DNA of 5,030 nucleotides from a virus (Duplodnaviria; Heunggongvirae; Uroviricota; Caudoviricetes): IMG/VR virus record IMGVR_UViG_2534681831_000045; one strand, 5' to 3'. Shown piece by piece: positions 4,719 to 5,030 of this stretch (position 1 is its first letter; each line of letters starts with the position of its first letter). The notes under the pieces were generated by a model. It saw only the letters and a program-made list of their open reading frames with translations, ran no database searches and was not told where the DNA came from. The position numbers and the translations under genes were made by a program.

Positions 4719-5030
4719 TCAGGCTGCCAGATCATCGTTTCCGATGGAAGCATAATAAGCTTTTTCTGCTTCTGCCGGAGGAGTATGGCCCAGCCTTCCC
4801 AGCAATCGTCGATTGTTATACCAGTCCACCCACGTTAGTGTGGCCAGTTCCACTTCTGCACGGTTTTTCCAGCTCTTACGGTGTATTACCTCCGCTTTGT
4901 AAAGACCATTGATGCTCTCAGCCATCGCGTTGTCATACGAGTCGCCTGTACTCCCTGTTGATGCCAGTAATCCGGCTTCTTTTAGTCGCTCCGTATAGGC
5001 CAGTGACACATACTGAGAGCCTTTATCGCT
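4719..5030 (-). CDS. IS3-family transposase OrfB (DDE integrase core), C-terminal portion only; 5' part lies beyond the window
   Basis: Seen: the reading frame is open from the window edge (…SDKGSQYVSLAYTERLKEAG…) to stop TGA at 4721..4719. It contains the DSYDNAMAESINGLYKAE segment, which carries the catalytic E region of DDE transposases. The track's start at 5009 is only an internal GTG. Confidence 0.9.
   Translation of the reverse strand, partial: SDKGSQYVSLAYTERLKEAGLLASTGSTGDSYDNAMAESINGLYKAEVIHRKSWKNRAEVELATLTWVDWYNNRRLLGRLGHTPPAEAEKAYYASIGNDDLAA

Larger units (their letters stand above)
4677..5030 (-). mobile_element. End of an IS629/IS3411-like insertion sequence (IS3 family), partial; runs off the window
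   Basis: Seen: the element terminus begins TGAACCGCCCCGGGTTTCCTGGAGAG at 4677, a TG-initiated inverted repeat typical of IS3-family ends, with the transposase ORF ending 40 nt inside. Established knowledge, recalled from memory: both the IR and the OrfB C-terminus resemble IS629 (IS1203/IS3411). The exact IS name needs a database check. Confidence 0.8.

Noticed and set aside
1-5030. CRISPR array or other tandem repeat array
   Set aside because: No regularly spaced direct repeats of 20-40 bp are visible anywhere in the window.

Overview
This 5,030-bp window looks like an enterobacterial (E. coli/Shigella-like) accessory region in three parts. (1) Positions 1 to about 2,275 are a visibly AT-rich block with three plus-strand genes of unknown function: an acidic protein of at least 235 aa (1..708, possibly 5'-partial) with its own intrinsic terminator, a 177-aa protein (1322..1855), and a 57-aa ORF absent from the ORF track (2052..2225) that ends at a strong bidirectional terminator. 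(2) Positions 2,273 to 4,560 are a tightly packed minus-strand operon typical of a lambdoid prophage early-left region: a 138-aa protein, a 63-aa protein, a DUF551 protein, a DEDDh 3'-5' exonuclease and a PrtN/excisionase-like HTH protein. (3) Positions 4,677 to 5,030 are the end of an IS629/IS3411-like IS3-family element (terminal inverted repeat plus the C-terminal part of OrfB), inserted about 117 bp upstream of the prophage operon. I found no rRNA, tRNA or CRISPR array. The most likely place for something undescribed is the AT-rich plus-strand block, whose proteins I cannot assign to any family with confidence. All family calls are from reading the translations by eye; no database search was run.
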